64,000 bases of DNA from Octopus vulgaris (Eukaryota). Under the pieces are notes generated by a model that was not told where the DNA came from, searched no databases, and worked only from the letters and a program-made list of their open reading frames with translations. Made by a program: the position numbers and the translations under genes. The stretch lies in assembly GCA_951406725.2 (NCBI GenBank), contig OX597831.1, forward strand, positions 2,046,001 to 2,110,000, in the 5' to 3' direction. Positions 25,701 through 37,494 of the stretch are shown here, in pieces (the stretch's first letter is position 1; every line of letters starts with the position of its first letter).

Positions 25701-28700
25701 AATCTTTTGCTATCTATAAAATCTTATCTCTCCTACTATCCAGTTTTGCACTTGATTGAACAACCAACGATGAAGTATCTACATGATTGCTCTGCTTGCT
25801 AGAAACTGCAGTTAAATCTTCCTCGAATCACACTGTAATGGTTTAAATTTTAAAAAAAAGAGAGAAAAGAAAACAGTACATGTTGAATAATGTGATCCTA
25901 ATTAACATGGTTATTGGGAAACAAAAACGATGCTAGCATGGGTTGGACGATTTGACTGAGAACTGGTGAACCAGATGGCTGCACGAGGCTCCAATCTGAT
26001 CTGGCAGAGTTTCTACAGCTAGATGCCCTTCCTAATGCCAACCACTCTGAGGGTGTAGTGGGTGCTTTTATGTGCCACCAGCACGAGGGCCAGTCAGGTG
26101 GTACTAGCAATGGCCACACTCAAATGGTGTGTTTTTATGTGCTACCTGCACAGGAGCCAGTCCAGCGGCACTGGCAACGATCTTGCTTGAATGTTTTTTC
26201 ATGTGCCACCAGCATGGAAGCCAGTCAGCTGCTCTAGTTATAATGATAATGATGCTATACAAGCACACACAAGCACTCTCTCTATCACCCATATACACTC
26301 ACATGCACATACACACACACACAAAATCATAGTTTCTTCACTGTCATGGTGGGTTTTCTCCAATACGATAATAGATCTTTCTGTAACTTTATGCAATATC
26401 TCTTTGTAATCCTATTTTCCAATTTCCTCATTTTCCCAGGTGAATTCATTATCGGCCGCGTGATAAAGGCTATGAACAACAGTTGGCACCCTGAATGTTT
26501 CCGTTGTGAACTGTGTACTGGACCTCTTGCTGATACAGGTTTCATGAAACTTGCAGGAAGGTAAGGTGGTGCATTTACACACTGGCATGTAGCTTTAATC
26601 ATTTAGTTACATTACTAATTTTCAGTTCATTACACTATGTAACACAGTTTTTATCCTTGGATAGCAACTATTATTTTCTATTTGCTTACCCCTAGAAAGT
26701 ATGAAAAATGGTTAATATTTCCTTTAAACTTTGCTTTGGTTACAATATTTATTCAAATCCCAAAGAATCCCTCTCAACACATGGCTATAATGCTCCCCTA
26801 ATGTTCCTGCTCAGCTCTGAAATGTAATGGAAAATAGGTCAGTTTCAAAAGATTGATGTCCAGGTCACAAAAGCAAAGTTTGAAGGGAATTGTAGTCATT
26901 TCCTTTGATTTTTAAATAAAAGCAAATAGGAAATAACACATACTAACCAAAGACAACAAAAAACAATGAAAATTTTTTTACAGTGTTATTGTAACACTTG
27001 TTTACAACTACATGGCTAAGGTCATGACAGAAGCTTGCATACTGTGGCTTTGTTCCAACAATTCTTATTTCTTTACTGTCCACAAGGGGCTACACACAGA
27101 GGGGTCAAACAAGGACAGACAAACAGATTAAGTCGATTACATCAACCCCAGTGTGTAACTGGTATTTATTTAATCGACCCCGAAAGGATGAAAGGCAAAG
27201 TCAACCTCGGCAGAATTTGAACTCAGAACATAGCGGCAGATGAAATACCTATTTCTTTACTACCCACAAGGGGCTAAACACAGAGAGGACGAACAAGGAC
27301 AGAGAAATGGATTAAGTCGATTACATCGACCCCCAGTGCGTAACTGGTACTTATTTAATCGATTCCGAAAGGATGAAAGGCAAAGTTGATCTCAGCAGAA
27401 TTTGAACTCAGAACGTAGCGGCAGACGAAATACCACTAAGCATTTCGCCCAGCGTGCTAACGATTTTGCCAACTCGCCACCTTAATTGTTCCAACAATTC
27501 TATTATCAAGTTAACTCTTTTGATACCAACCTGCCTGAGACTACCCTTGCTTCTGTGATGCAAATTTCTTGTTTTAAAGTTACCAGAATTTCATGTTAGT
27601 TTATGTTCCAAACATTAACTTAATATTGAAAAAGTTATTTTACTAAATTCTTCTTTATTTTTCTGAATTAATTGAAACAAAGACAATGTCTTTCAATGTA
27701 AATATGTTAATAAAAGGGTTTAAGTATACTTAATATACAGCAATTATTTCATTCTTTTATGTCTCTCACTCACATTTGCGAAAATTGTTCTCGTGTCTTA
27801 ACAAATGATATATTATTAATACTGTTTTATCTCGATTCTGCTTCAGAGCTCTGTGTCGTGAATGCCATGCTAGAGAAAAAGCCAAAGGTCTTGGAAAATA
27901 CATTTGCCATAAATGCCAGTAAGTACAGCTACTGTTTATATTAACATTTCTAAGACAAGTCATTGTTGTTCATTCTTCTCATTAAACTGGAACTGTCAGT
28001 GGTAGTGTATTGGTGGTGGTGGTGACGGTGACAGTGTTGGTAGCAGTGGTAATCAACTTCTAATCTTCTGAAAATTATTTTGTTGTGTCTAGGGAGAGTC
28101 ATTATGCCAATATTAACCCTTTTGATACCAACCCGCCTGAAACCGCCTCTGGCTCTGTAATACAAATGTCTTGTTTTCAAAAGATCTGAATTAAAATCTT
28201 CCACCAAACCTTAGTCACAGTTTATGTTCCTAACACTGGCTTAACGATGACTACATTATTTTAACAATTCTTTGTTATATTTAAAATTAATTGAAAGAAA
28301 CACAGAGTATCTCAACAGAAATATGGTAATGAAAGGGTTAACACATGCACTAGTTCAATTCCACTTCTTTATTAGTCAGTTGGTTAAATGTCAAACTAAT
28401 TCATCAATTGTTTGTTTAACTCGGTCTGTTTGTTTGTTTGTCTTTTTGTCAAGGCTCTTTTTGCTGTTTGCAAGCTTTTTAATGCCTTTTCTCAGAAACG
28501 AAGTTGAAAATTATTTCTTTCTTTAAAATTTCAGTTCTATTATTGAAGAAGGCCACATCAAGTTCAAGGAAGAAGCCTACCATCCATACCATTTCAACTG
28601 CAAGAGTTGTGGGTAAGTGGCTTTAATTATCTTTGTTTCATTCTAGAGCAGGAGTGGAGAAACTTTTTTCCAGAAGTGGGCTGCACGAGACATGGCTCAT

Positions 28701-31700
28701 CGTCAGCAGGCAGACCTCACTACTAAAGAAGATTCAAAGTAACTTTTCATTAGGCACGTCATACAGAAGTCATGCAGGTTGCAGTTTGCCCACGACTGTT
28801 CTAGAGTTTAAATCAACATGTAGAGAAATATGTTTGGAAGTCTGGGCCTTGAGTGAGTTTTAAAGTTTGAACAGGAGCAGAAAATTCAAAATTAAATCAA
28901 TTTTGTTCGTATGTAAACTCTACTGGGGTATTTTAGGTATGTCCCTTTATATCCTACATTCATATTCCATTGAGGCTGACTTTCGTCTCTCAGCTTTCTG
29001 CGTTTGGTGAATCATGTACCAGTAATGGAGTGTGATCATTTCAGTTGCTTATTCTTCTCCCACTAACAATTTGTGCTTGTGCTCCTCCATACGGAGTACA
29101 AGACAATTTGCACCTGACTCTACATTAATTGATAATGTCTTGGAATGTAAGGGGACGTAACTCAATTCTGCTATTTTATTTTTCACATAAAAATAAGACA
29201 ACTTGCACCTGACTCTATCTTACTTTCAGTCAAAGGTTTTTTTTTTTTGCTTTGTCTTGCAAGTTGCTTGACAACCCCACCAGTGCAAGTGCCAAATGGG
29301 AAAGCATCCAGTACACGTTGTGAAGTGCTTGGCATAAAGGAGGACATTCCAGCCATAGAAATCATGCCAAAGCAGACATTAGAGCACAATGCAGTCCTTG
29401 GGCCCATTGGAGCCTGTTAAACCATCCAATCCATGCCATGGAAGATGGGCGTTAAATGATGATGATATAATGATGGGATTTTTTCAGTTTCCAGTTACCT
29501 AACACACACACAAAGCTTTGATCAGCCCAAGGCTATAATAGAAGACACTTTCTCCTTGTGCCATAGAGTGAGAATACACCTGAAACTATATGGTTGAGAA
29601 GCGAACTTCTTAACACCAGAGCCATGCTCACACTGGGAACTGAAATTTGTATGTTGGGCTAAAAAGAAGAGTATATTGTGAATTTAAATCAACTAATTAA
29701 TTACTTATTGTCAAACCAACAAGGAAGCGTCTAAATGTTACATCTCATGTTCCACGAATTGATAACGAATCGGAATGTAAGGGGACGTAACTCTATTCTG
29801 TTATTCTATCTATATATATAAAACTGTAGTTGTGTGAGTGTCTGTCCCCTTCGATTTAGATTCCTAACTACTCCCACATTTTGCGGTGCAGTTTAACCAA
29901 ATTCGGGTATCTTATAGTCGTGATTCATATCGAGCCCGTCTGAGTATTAGCATGAGTCTACGATTTTAAAAATAATTTAACATAATTTTTTATTCCATTT
30001 TAATGCATAATTTTTCGTGTGTCGATGGCGGCGGAGTTGGCGTCCATGGTCACACCTGCACCTGTTTGCTTCTCCCCCTTCTTCCCTCCCTCGTGAAGGT
30101 GTAGGGAAGGGAGTGTAAGGAAATCAACGTCGTAAAGCGTTGTCAAAGAGTCCAGCGTTCTTTTAGAACAACAACTTCATGGCTTGAAGACACCAAAACA
30201 GAAATGGCTAAGAAAGCCCGAATTGGCATCTATAAGGGAAGTAACTCTCTAAAAATGCTTATATAGTTATTTCCCTTACAAACCCGAGCAACGCCGGGCG
30301 AATTCTGTTATTCTATTTCTCATAAAAATTTATTTAATCGACAAAACCTGACATTGAACCAGAGGCCTTTTAGATTAGGATCTTTGTTATAATTAATTTA
30401 TGTTTGCTATTTTTCAGTGTTGAACTAACTGCTGATGCACGAGAGAAGAATGGTGAGCTCTACTGTCTGCGGTGTTATGACAAGATGGGAATACCAATCT
30501 GTGGAGCCTGCAGGTAGATCATTTCAACAGCATCATTATCTTCATCACAATTTCATTCATGACCATTAAATATCATTGTAACCTTCATATTTATCATCAT
30601 CATAATATTCATTATCATTGCCTTCACCATCATAATTATCTATGTAACATCATTATCATCGCTTAAACAAAATCACTATTGTCACAGACATAACATTGTT
30701 TTCATCAACATCGTTTTCATTGGTGTCATTGTAAGTATGGTCATTGTCATCAGTATTGTTGTCATTGTAATTGCTATCATTGTCATAATCATCGTAATCA
30801 TCGTCATCATCATCATAATCATCATTGTAATCATCATCATTGTCATCACCATCATCATCGTAATTATCATTGTCATTATAATCATCATTGTCATCATCAC
30901 CATAATCATCATTGTCGTCATCATCCTCATTATAAACCTTTTTCTCTTTATTTCAGACGACCAATAGAAGAGAGAGTTATAAATGCTTTAGGTAAATACT
31001 GGCATGTTGAGGTTAGTAGAATTGGTTTTTGGTTTTATTTTGTTCTTTGTTAGAGTCACTTCACCCCTACTGTTGCAACACGCCTGCCATCATTCCACAT
31101 CACCCTCTCCAGCTCACACCCTCATCCAACCTACCATCTCCTCTAAGCTACCAGTTCATCCATCATACTGCAGTAATAATATTAATGATACTCTAAAGGC
31201 AGTGAACTGGCAGAATCGTTAGCACACTGGGCAAAATGCTTAGTGGTATTTTGTCTGTCTTTATGTTCTGAGTTCAAATTCTGCTGTGGTCGACTTTGCC
31301 TTTCATCCTTTCAGGGTCGATAAAATAAGTATCAATTGAACACTGGAGTCAATGAAATTTACTTATCCCCTCCCCACCAAAAATTGCTAGCCTTGTGCCG
31401 AAATTTTAAACCAATATTCTATAATACTTATCGTGTGTGTGTGTGTGTGTGTCTTTCGGCAACAGTTGTAAATGAGTGTCACCATTAAACATGCTGTGCC
31501 ATTTGTTTCCAATATTACATGAAAACATGTCTGGCCGTGAAGGAAATATGGCTGCAGAAAATCTTCAACAAATTCCATCTGACCCATGCAACCATGCAAA
31601 CATCATGAAAAAGTGGACATTAAAAAAGTGGGGTGGGGGTTGATGATTGATGGTGACTGATGATGATTGATGATGACTGATGGTGACTAAAACTGTAGTA

Positions 31701-31993
31701 ATGTACTGTATTGAAACCATAGTTCTGCATTACAGTAATGTACTGTGGTAATAATACTGGACTTAGCCTACTACTACTACTACTGCTATTACAATTACTG
31801 ACTTAATTCCTTTTCTGTTTTACTTTACAGCACTTTGTCTGTGCGAAGTGTGAGAAACCATTTTTGGGCACCAGATATTATGAGAAGAAGAATATGGCTT
31901 ACTGTGAAATACATTATCATCAGGTAGGTGTACTTGTTGTTGTTTAGTCCCAGGTTAGCCCTCATCCAACAAACCTATGCTCAAATAATTAGA

Positions 31994-32027
<34 letters not shown>

Positions 32028-35000
32028 GGGAGAATTCATGAAAAAAACAAAAGACAAAGACAGGTGGTGTAGAAAACAAACTGATGTATTAGTATAACTT
32101 TCGGGAAATGAAAAAGTCTTTTACGTTTTGAGTCTACGCTCTTCCACAGAAAGAAACAAGGAGAGAAAAAGTGTGTGTAGTGGCTACCGATCTATCATGG
32201 CAACTATATATATATAAGCATATATAATATTTCAGAGATTGCATTATCTAATCTTGCCGATATGTTGTTCTCTTTTAAAGATTGTTGGATGTGATTTGAG
32301 AAATATTTGGCTGTGATTTCTTGTATGTCAGGCAACCACATAGAGTAGGGAAGGGTTAATTTTCCAGTACTAGTGGTGAATTGCAGATACATAGAAACCT
32401 GTAGAGGTCACATCTATGCTGAGTAAAATAAAGAATTATCAATTTACAAATTCATAGGTGATTAACTTACGTTAAATTACTGTTTTGGTGTTAAGGCAAG
32501 TGAAAGCACATAGCCTGGTAGCTAGAGTTTTGGGTCTATTATCATAAGGTCATAGGTTTAATTCCTGGACCAGGCAGCACAATGGGCAGGGTGTTTGTGT
32601 TAGGTCAGGAGATGAGGTGTGAAGAGTATTTCTGTATCTGCCCATGACTACATAGACGCCTAAAACAATTGGTGAAAGTATTATACATTAACAAGTCATC
32701 TCCTCTGTAAGGACACTGAGTCTTACAGAGATGCCAAAGGTCAAGATATCTGGCCCCTTGCTGTACTCAAGAAGACCCATCCTCCACAGCAGAATTGTTA
32801 ATGCCACTTTCTCTGCTGAAGAGGATTGACCTGCGAAAGCCCTGTACTGGAGCCATGTAAAAGCCCCTATGCTGATAAAGTGGTTGGTGTTAGAGAGGGC
32901 ATCCAACCATAGAAACCAAGCCAAATCAGGTGCAGCTCTCCTGCTTGCCAGCTCTTGTCATGGAAAACCAATGTTAAATGATGATGGTGATGATGATGAT
33001 GATGAAGTTATTTTTGTTGGCACAACTCTCTCTCTCTCTTTCTCTCCAGATGTCACATCCTGCTTATTTTGCTGGATCAAGAGTGAAACAGTTTTGGCGG
33101 GAGGGAGTGTTTATGTCTACATGTGACTCCATAGGCACCTCAAACAATTAGCAAATGTGTATTACATGCTACTGTGTCATAGCTCTCTTATGAGTAACAG
33201 CTGTGGATATTCGTCTTATGGATAAATGAAAGAGCACACCATCGGTTGCGACAACGAGGGTCCCAGCTGATATGATCAAAGGAACAGCTTGCTCGTGAAA
33301 TTAACATGCAAGTGGCTGAACACTCCACAAACACATGTACCCTTAACGTAGTTCTCAGGGAGATTCAGTGTGATACAGAATGTGATAAGGCTGGCCCTTT
33401 GAAATACGGGTACTACTCGTTTTTGCCAGCTGAGTGGACTGGAGCAACGTGAAAATTAAGTGTCTTGCTCAAGGACACAATGCTCTGCCGGAAATCGAAC
33501 TCACAACCTTACAATCATAGCCGAATGCCCGTAACCACTAAGCCATGCACGTGGCTTAGTGGTTATAATCCCACTTGAAATAGCTAAGCTGATGCTGGAA
33601 ATCATCTTGGGTTTTTCCCTTGTATATCATTCACAAAAAAAACTCCCAGAGCTCACTGCAACCATACATCAATATCAATGCCTCAGGAAGTAAATTACCA
33701 CCACCAACACCAATTGGCTTTTCTATCAAACCACAATACCTACAGGAAAGTCATTTGTGCATAGTATGGCCAGGCAGTAGCCTAGCAAAGTTGTTATAGT
33801 ATACATATTTGTCTTAGGTCTCTCTGCTCTAAGTTCAAATAATGCCAAGGTTAATTTTACGTTTCCTCTTTTCGGAGTGATTAAAATTAAGTACCAGTCA
33901 AATACTGAGGTCCAACATGCCTCTCTCTTCAAAATCACTGGTCTCATTCCAAAATCAGTGCACACAGGACAAAATGCTTAGTGATATTTCTTCCAGCTCT
34001 TTTTGTTCTAGGTTCAAATGACATCAAAGTCAACTTTGCCTTTTATTCTTTCAGGGTCAATAAAACACATACCAGTTGAGCACTAGGGTTGATATAATTA
34101 ACTTGCCCCACTCCCCCAAAATTTTGGGCCTTGTGCCTGAAGTAGAAAGGATCATCCTCATGATTATTATTACTAATAACATTATTATTTGTCTTTTGCA
34201 GCTATTTGGAAATATTTGCTTTGTTTGTAACAATATTGTAGCTGGAGATGGTAAGTATATTATGCTTCAATATAGAACACAATAAATGAATTCATTAATC
34301 CACCTACATTTTTGGTGCATCATGCCCTGTTATGCAAATTAGATAGGCCAGTTTAGCTGGGTTTGTATTCACTGTAGCCATAAGTTTATAACCTCTCCTT
34401 GGACAGATGATCGGTCCCACTTTTGTAGGAATGAAATATGTAGTATAAACAGGTGCAAGTGTTTCCGTGTGGTAAGAAGTTTGCTTCTCAACCCCTTGGT
34501 TTATTCCCACTGCATGGCACTTTGGGCAAGTATCTTCTGCTATATCCCTTCTACTGCAGAAATTAGATATATCCATGCAAAATTTCATGATCCTTAACTG
34601 TGGAAAGCAGTTTTATATACTAGTTTATTTTTTCTTGAGGAATGTCATGTTTGAAACTGCTTTTTGTTGAGACATGTTAAGTTTATTGAGACAAAATGAC
34701 TTGCAGAAAATACCAATTCTGCTTTAACATTATTACAAGAATAACCATGAAATTTAATTCCACAGTTAAAGGATTTATTAAAAATTATGAACCAACAGTA
34801 ACTATACAAATGAAACAAGGGACAGAGTTTAAGATGTTATTCTTGTCTCTTCAACACCTATAGTATCAGTTGGCTGATCTTTTCTATAGCATTTGATCCG
34901 GCCTTATTAAGCCCAAATATTCTGTTTTGTGTCCAAACTAACCAGATCAGGGCTCTCACAACTACCCTGCAATGTCATTCAAAAAGGATACAAATGCATC

Positions 35001-37494
35001 ATCAAAATCTCAAAGCTACAAGATAGTGTATGATTAATTCAAAACAGTGTGAATAACTAAATATTACATTTGACAGTGTAATGTGAATGTTAAATGGTTA
35101 AACTACATAATACAAAATTTTTTGTATTGGGTTGTCTGGAAAGTTCATGCCAATTTTTAAAGGAAAGTAAAAGGTCAATAAACTCTTGCCATTACATTTT
35201 TAATCAACCAAATATGAACCATTTTGTTGCACAATGCGTCTCCATCTTTCCTTTAACTTGAAAATATCCTCTTCCCAGAATTGAGGTGGTTTCATGGCAA
35301 AGAATTCATCAAGGTATCTTTTTACGTCATCCAAGGAATTGAAATGTTTACCATTAAGACTATTCTGCAGAGATCTGAATAAGTAGAAATCTGAAGGAGC
35401 AATATCTGGTGAATATGGGGAGTGGGATAACACATTCCCAGCCAAGCTGCAACAATTTTTGTCTGGTTCCCAAAGCATCAAGTGCCGAAAATGAACTTTC
35501 ATATCTTCCATTTTAAAGGGTTACAGAATTAACACAGGTTATAGGAACATAAACCTTCTTCCACGAAAAGATAGATTAAACTGTGCTCTAAATGGAGGTG
35601 TAGCCAAATCCTATTTTATGGAATCAACCATATTCTAAAATAAGTCGAAAGGTAAGCTACTATAAATCGGCACGAACTTTCCGGACAACCCAATATTTTG
35701 CTCCTTTAACCCTTTAGCATTTAAACTGGCCATATCCGGCCAAAAGTATTCTGCCTGTTTTACGTTCAAACTGGTCAGATCTGGTCTCTCACACCAACCC
35801 TACAATATCGTTTTAAAAATTAACAGCTACCTTGTCAAAATCTCAAAGCTACAAAATAATGCATGATTAATTCAAAACAATGAGGATGAAAAAGCATTGA
35901 TTTTGGCAGAATAATGCGAACACTAAAGGGTTAAAATAGCTGTGATTTGAGGTGAGATCCAGCTGTTATTTCCTGCAGGTTGAATGATTTTCTTTTTGGA
36001 TGGTTATCTCTGATGGTAATATTGATGTCATTGTTGTTTAGTCTCAAACCAGTGTATAAATCAGTTGTGTTTGGTTTCTATTGCAGCCTTTACTGCCTTT
36101 AACAAAGCCTGGTGCGTTAACCATTTTGCTTGTTCTGTCTGTGACAGGAAGATGAGCCAGAAGTAAGTAAAACTATTTTATAGTGTGTGTATTTACTTAC
36201 ATATGTGCTTGGGTGTGTATGTACATGTGTTTGCTTGAATGTGTATACTTGATGGTGTTGCAGTTGCTGCAGTTATTTTCATTTTCATGAAGTGTCATTG
36301 ATGTACCAGGAGCAAAGCTCCAGTAATCAATGTGATAGTGTCATAAAAACTTGCCATTACTATTAAGGATGTGAAGCACTTTTCCCTCCTCTTAGTGATA
36401 TGTGTCACTTTTCTTTTGCCTCCTTCCACTGTCATCATCATCATCATCGTTTAACGTCCGCTTTCCATGCTATCATGGACGATTTGACTGAGGACTGGCA
36501 AACCAGATGGCTGCACCAGGCTCTAATCTTAATCTGACAGAGTTTCTACTGCTGGATGCCCTTCCTAACGCCAACCACTCCGAGAGTGTAGTGGGTGCTT
36601 TTATGTGCCGCCAGCACGAGGGCCAGTCAGGCGGTACTGGCAATAGCCACGCTCAAATAGTGTTTTTTACGTGCCACCTGCACAGGAGCAAGACCAGCAG
36701 CACTGGCAACGACCTTGCTCGAATGTTTTTTCATGTGCCACCAGCACAAGTACCAGTAAGGCGATGCTGGTAACAATCACACTCGAATGGTGCTTTTTAC
36801 ATGCCACTGGCACAGAAGCCAGTTGGCTGCTCTGGCAACGATAACACTCGGATGGTGCTGTTAGCGCTCCACTAGCATGGATGCCAGTCATCGAATTTGA
36901 TTTCGATTTCTGTGAACATTACAATGAGATTCTTGACATCCGTGTTTTGTTTTGTCATGAAAAAAAATATAGATTATTGTAAAAACAGTTTCATATATGA
37001 CGTAACTTTGTCGGGTGATCTTCATAGAAGGAATTTAATAAAGAGTGAAACCATTGTTGAAACTGCAATCAAACTTCAGTATTACTCGCCAGTAAGGCAG
37101 CGAGCATGCAGAATCATTACTGCGCCAGATAAAATGCTTAGCAATATTTCAGCCATCTTTTATGTTCTGAGTTCAAATTCTGACAAGGCTGTCTTTGCCT
37201 GTCATCCTTTCAGGGTCAATGAAATAAGTACCAGTTGAACACTGGGGTCAATATAATCAACTTACCCCTCCATGAAATTGCTGGCCCTGTGCCAAAATTT
37301 GAAACTATTATTATTATTATTATTACTTCTTTTGCTTTTAAAAATGATAACCTGTTTTCTTTTTCTTCTATTTTGACAGAACCAAATTCTTTGAATTTGA
37401 CATGAAACCTGTCTGCAAGACATGCTTTGAGAAATTTCCTGGTGAAATGAAACGCCGATTGAAGAAGGCCTATGATGAACACACCAAAAAATAA
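15291..37494 (+). CDS. LIMS1: PINCH/LIMS five-LIM-domain focal adhesion adaptor, complete spliced CDS (12 coding exons, 324 aa)
   Basis: Exons 15291-15397, 23097-23142, 24271-24337, 26440-26560, 27847-27918, 28535-28612, 30418-30513, 30957-31011, 31831-31923, 34202-34250, 36087-36162, 37380-37494. All introns GT-AG with compatible phases; total 975 nt. Peptides such as [61 protein letters not shown] and [13 protein letters not shown] match PINCH. Confidence 0.96.
16765..16950. repeat. ~85-bp-arm inverted repeat centred on (TCTA)n/(TAGA)n
   Basis: atatatggagttatatttatcc... versus ...ggataaatataactccatatat. Confidence 0.85.
16978..17026 (-). ncRNA. Type I hammerhead ribozyme motif
   Basis: AAGTG-CTGACGA-AACTC-CAAACA-GAGTT-GAA-ACATG-CAG-CATGT-A-ACTT: canonical core, perfect stems II and III, GUA site. 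Confidence 0.75.
17070..18600. mobile_element. Old RTE/BovB-like LINE RT remnant in two inverted pieces, interrupted by a MITE and a SINE
   Basis: + piece 17390-17857 and 18476-18600 ([10 protein letters not shown]; [25 protein letters not shown]); - piece ~17385-17070 ([17 protein letters not shown]; [13 protein letters not shown]). Confidence 0.8.
18031..18430 (+). mobile_element. SINE family A copy nested in a TTAA MITE
   Basis: Full head-to-tail match to family A. Confidence 0.88.
20678..22292 (-). mobile_element. RTE-clade LINE, 5'-truncated, young; RT C-half with an inserted PHD-type finger; long 3' UTR and (GAT)n tail
   Basis: Uninterrupted ORF to the stop at 21201 with [35 protein letters not shown] and [10 protein letters not shown]; followed by (GAAATC)n, tandem units and CATGCTAGCATG...(GAT)n. 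Confidence 0.93.
22901..22962 (-). ncRNA. Type I hammerhead ribozyme motif
   Basis: TTGAG-CTGACGA-[imperfect stem II, GCTGAA/TTCGGC]-GAA-ACG-TGA-CGT-T-CTCAA; perfect 5-bp stem I. Confidence 0.62.
23097..23142 (+). CDS. LIMS1: PINCH coding exon 2 ([15 protein letters not shown])
   Basis: ttttccttag acceptor, gttggt donor; completes LIM1. Confidence 0.92.
24271..24337 (+). CDS. LIMS1: PINCH coding exon 3 ([22 protein letters not shown])
   Basis: ttttcag acceptor, gtaagt donor. Confidence 0.94.
26440..26560 (+). CDS. LIMS1: PINCH coding exon 4 ([25 protein letters not shown]...)
   Basis: ttttcccag acceptor, gtaagg donor; within ORF 26346..26564. Confidence 0.95.
27847..27918 (+). CDS. LIMS1: PINCH coding exon 5 ([23 protein letters not shown])
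   Basis: cttcag acceptor, gtaagt donor. Confidence 0.94.
28117..28337. mobile_element. piggyBac-type MITE family 2 (TTAA|CCCTTTTGATACC...AAAGGG|TTAA)
   Basis: Other copies at ~27515-27720 and 38842-39007. Confidence 0.78.
28535..28612 (+). CDS. LIMS1: PINCH coding exon 6 ([25 protein letters not shown])
   Basis: tttcag acceptor, gtaagt donor. Confidence 0.94.
28649..28798. mobile_element. hAT MITE with a perfect 8-bp TSD
   Basis: CAG...CTG termini flanked by ttctagag on both sides. Confidence 0.8.
29809..30308 (+). mobile_element. Non-autonomous Helitron, same family
   Basis: A|TCTATATATATAAAA 5' end; CCCGAGCAACGCCGGG 3' hairpin; terminal CTAG replaced. Confidence 0.8.
30418..30513 (+). 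CDS. LIMS1: PINCH coding exon 7 ([31 protein letters not shown])
   Basis: ttttcag acceptor, gtagat donor. Confidence 0.94.
30530..30930 (+). repeat. Degenerate (ATC)n tract filling most of PINCH intron 7
   Basis: Directly visible. Confidence 0.92.
30957..31011 (+). CDS. LIMS1: PINCH coding exon 8 ([18 protein letters not shown])
   Basis: tttcag acceptor, gttagt donor. Confidence 0.94.
31831..31923 (+). CDS. LIMS1: PINCH coding exon 9 ([31 protein letters not shown])
   Basis: tttacag acceptor, gtaggt donor. Confidence 0.95.
33230..33550 (-). mobile_element. tRNA-derived SINE family D
   Basis: Head/core shared with 14660-14897(-); tail shared with the 59704-60083 copy. Confidence 0.7.
34202..34250 (+). 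CDS. LIMS1: PINCH coding exon 10 ([16 protein letters not shown])
   Basis: ttttgcag acceptor, gtaagt donor. Confidence 0.94.
35127..35693 (-). mobile_element. Internally deleted mariner (DD34D type) with both TIRs and TA TSD
   Basis: TIRs ttgggttgtc(c/t)ggaaagttc(g/a)tgcc; ORF 35200..35511 containing [19 protein letters not shown]. Confidence 0.92.
35710..35930. mobile_element. piggyBac-type MITE family 1 (TTAA|CCCTTTAG...CTAAAGGG|TTAA)
   Basis: Other copies at 17862-18471, 48213-48428, ~3164-3320 and ~42330-42807. Confidence 0.8.
36087..36162 (+). CDS. LIMS1: PINCH coding exon 11 ([24 protein letters not shown])
   Basis: ttgcag acceptor, gtaagt donor. Confidence 0.94.
37380..37494 (+). 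CDS. LIMS1: PINCH last coding exon ([37 protein letters not shown])
   Basis: ttttgacag acceptor, TAA at 37492-37494. Confidence 0.94.

Noticed and set aside
30682-30967. Poly-Met and poly-Ile ORFs
   Set aside because: Translations of an intronic (ATC)n tract.
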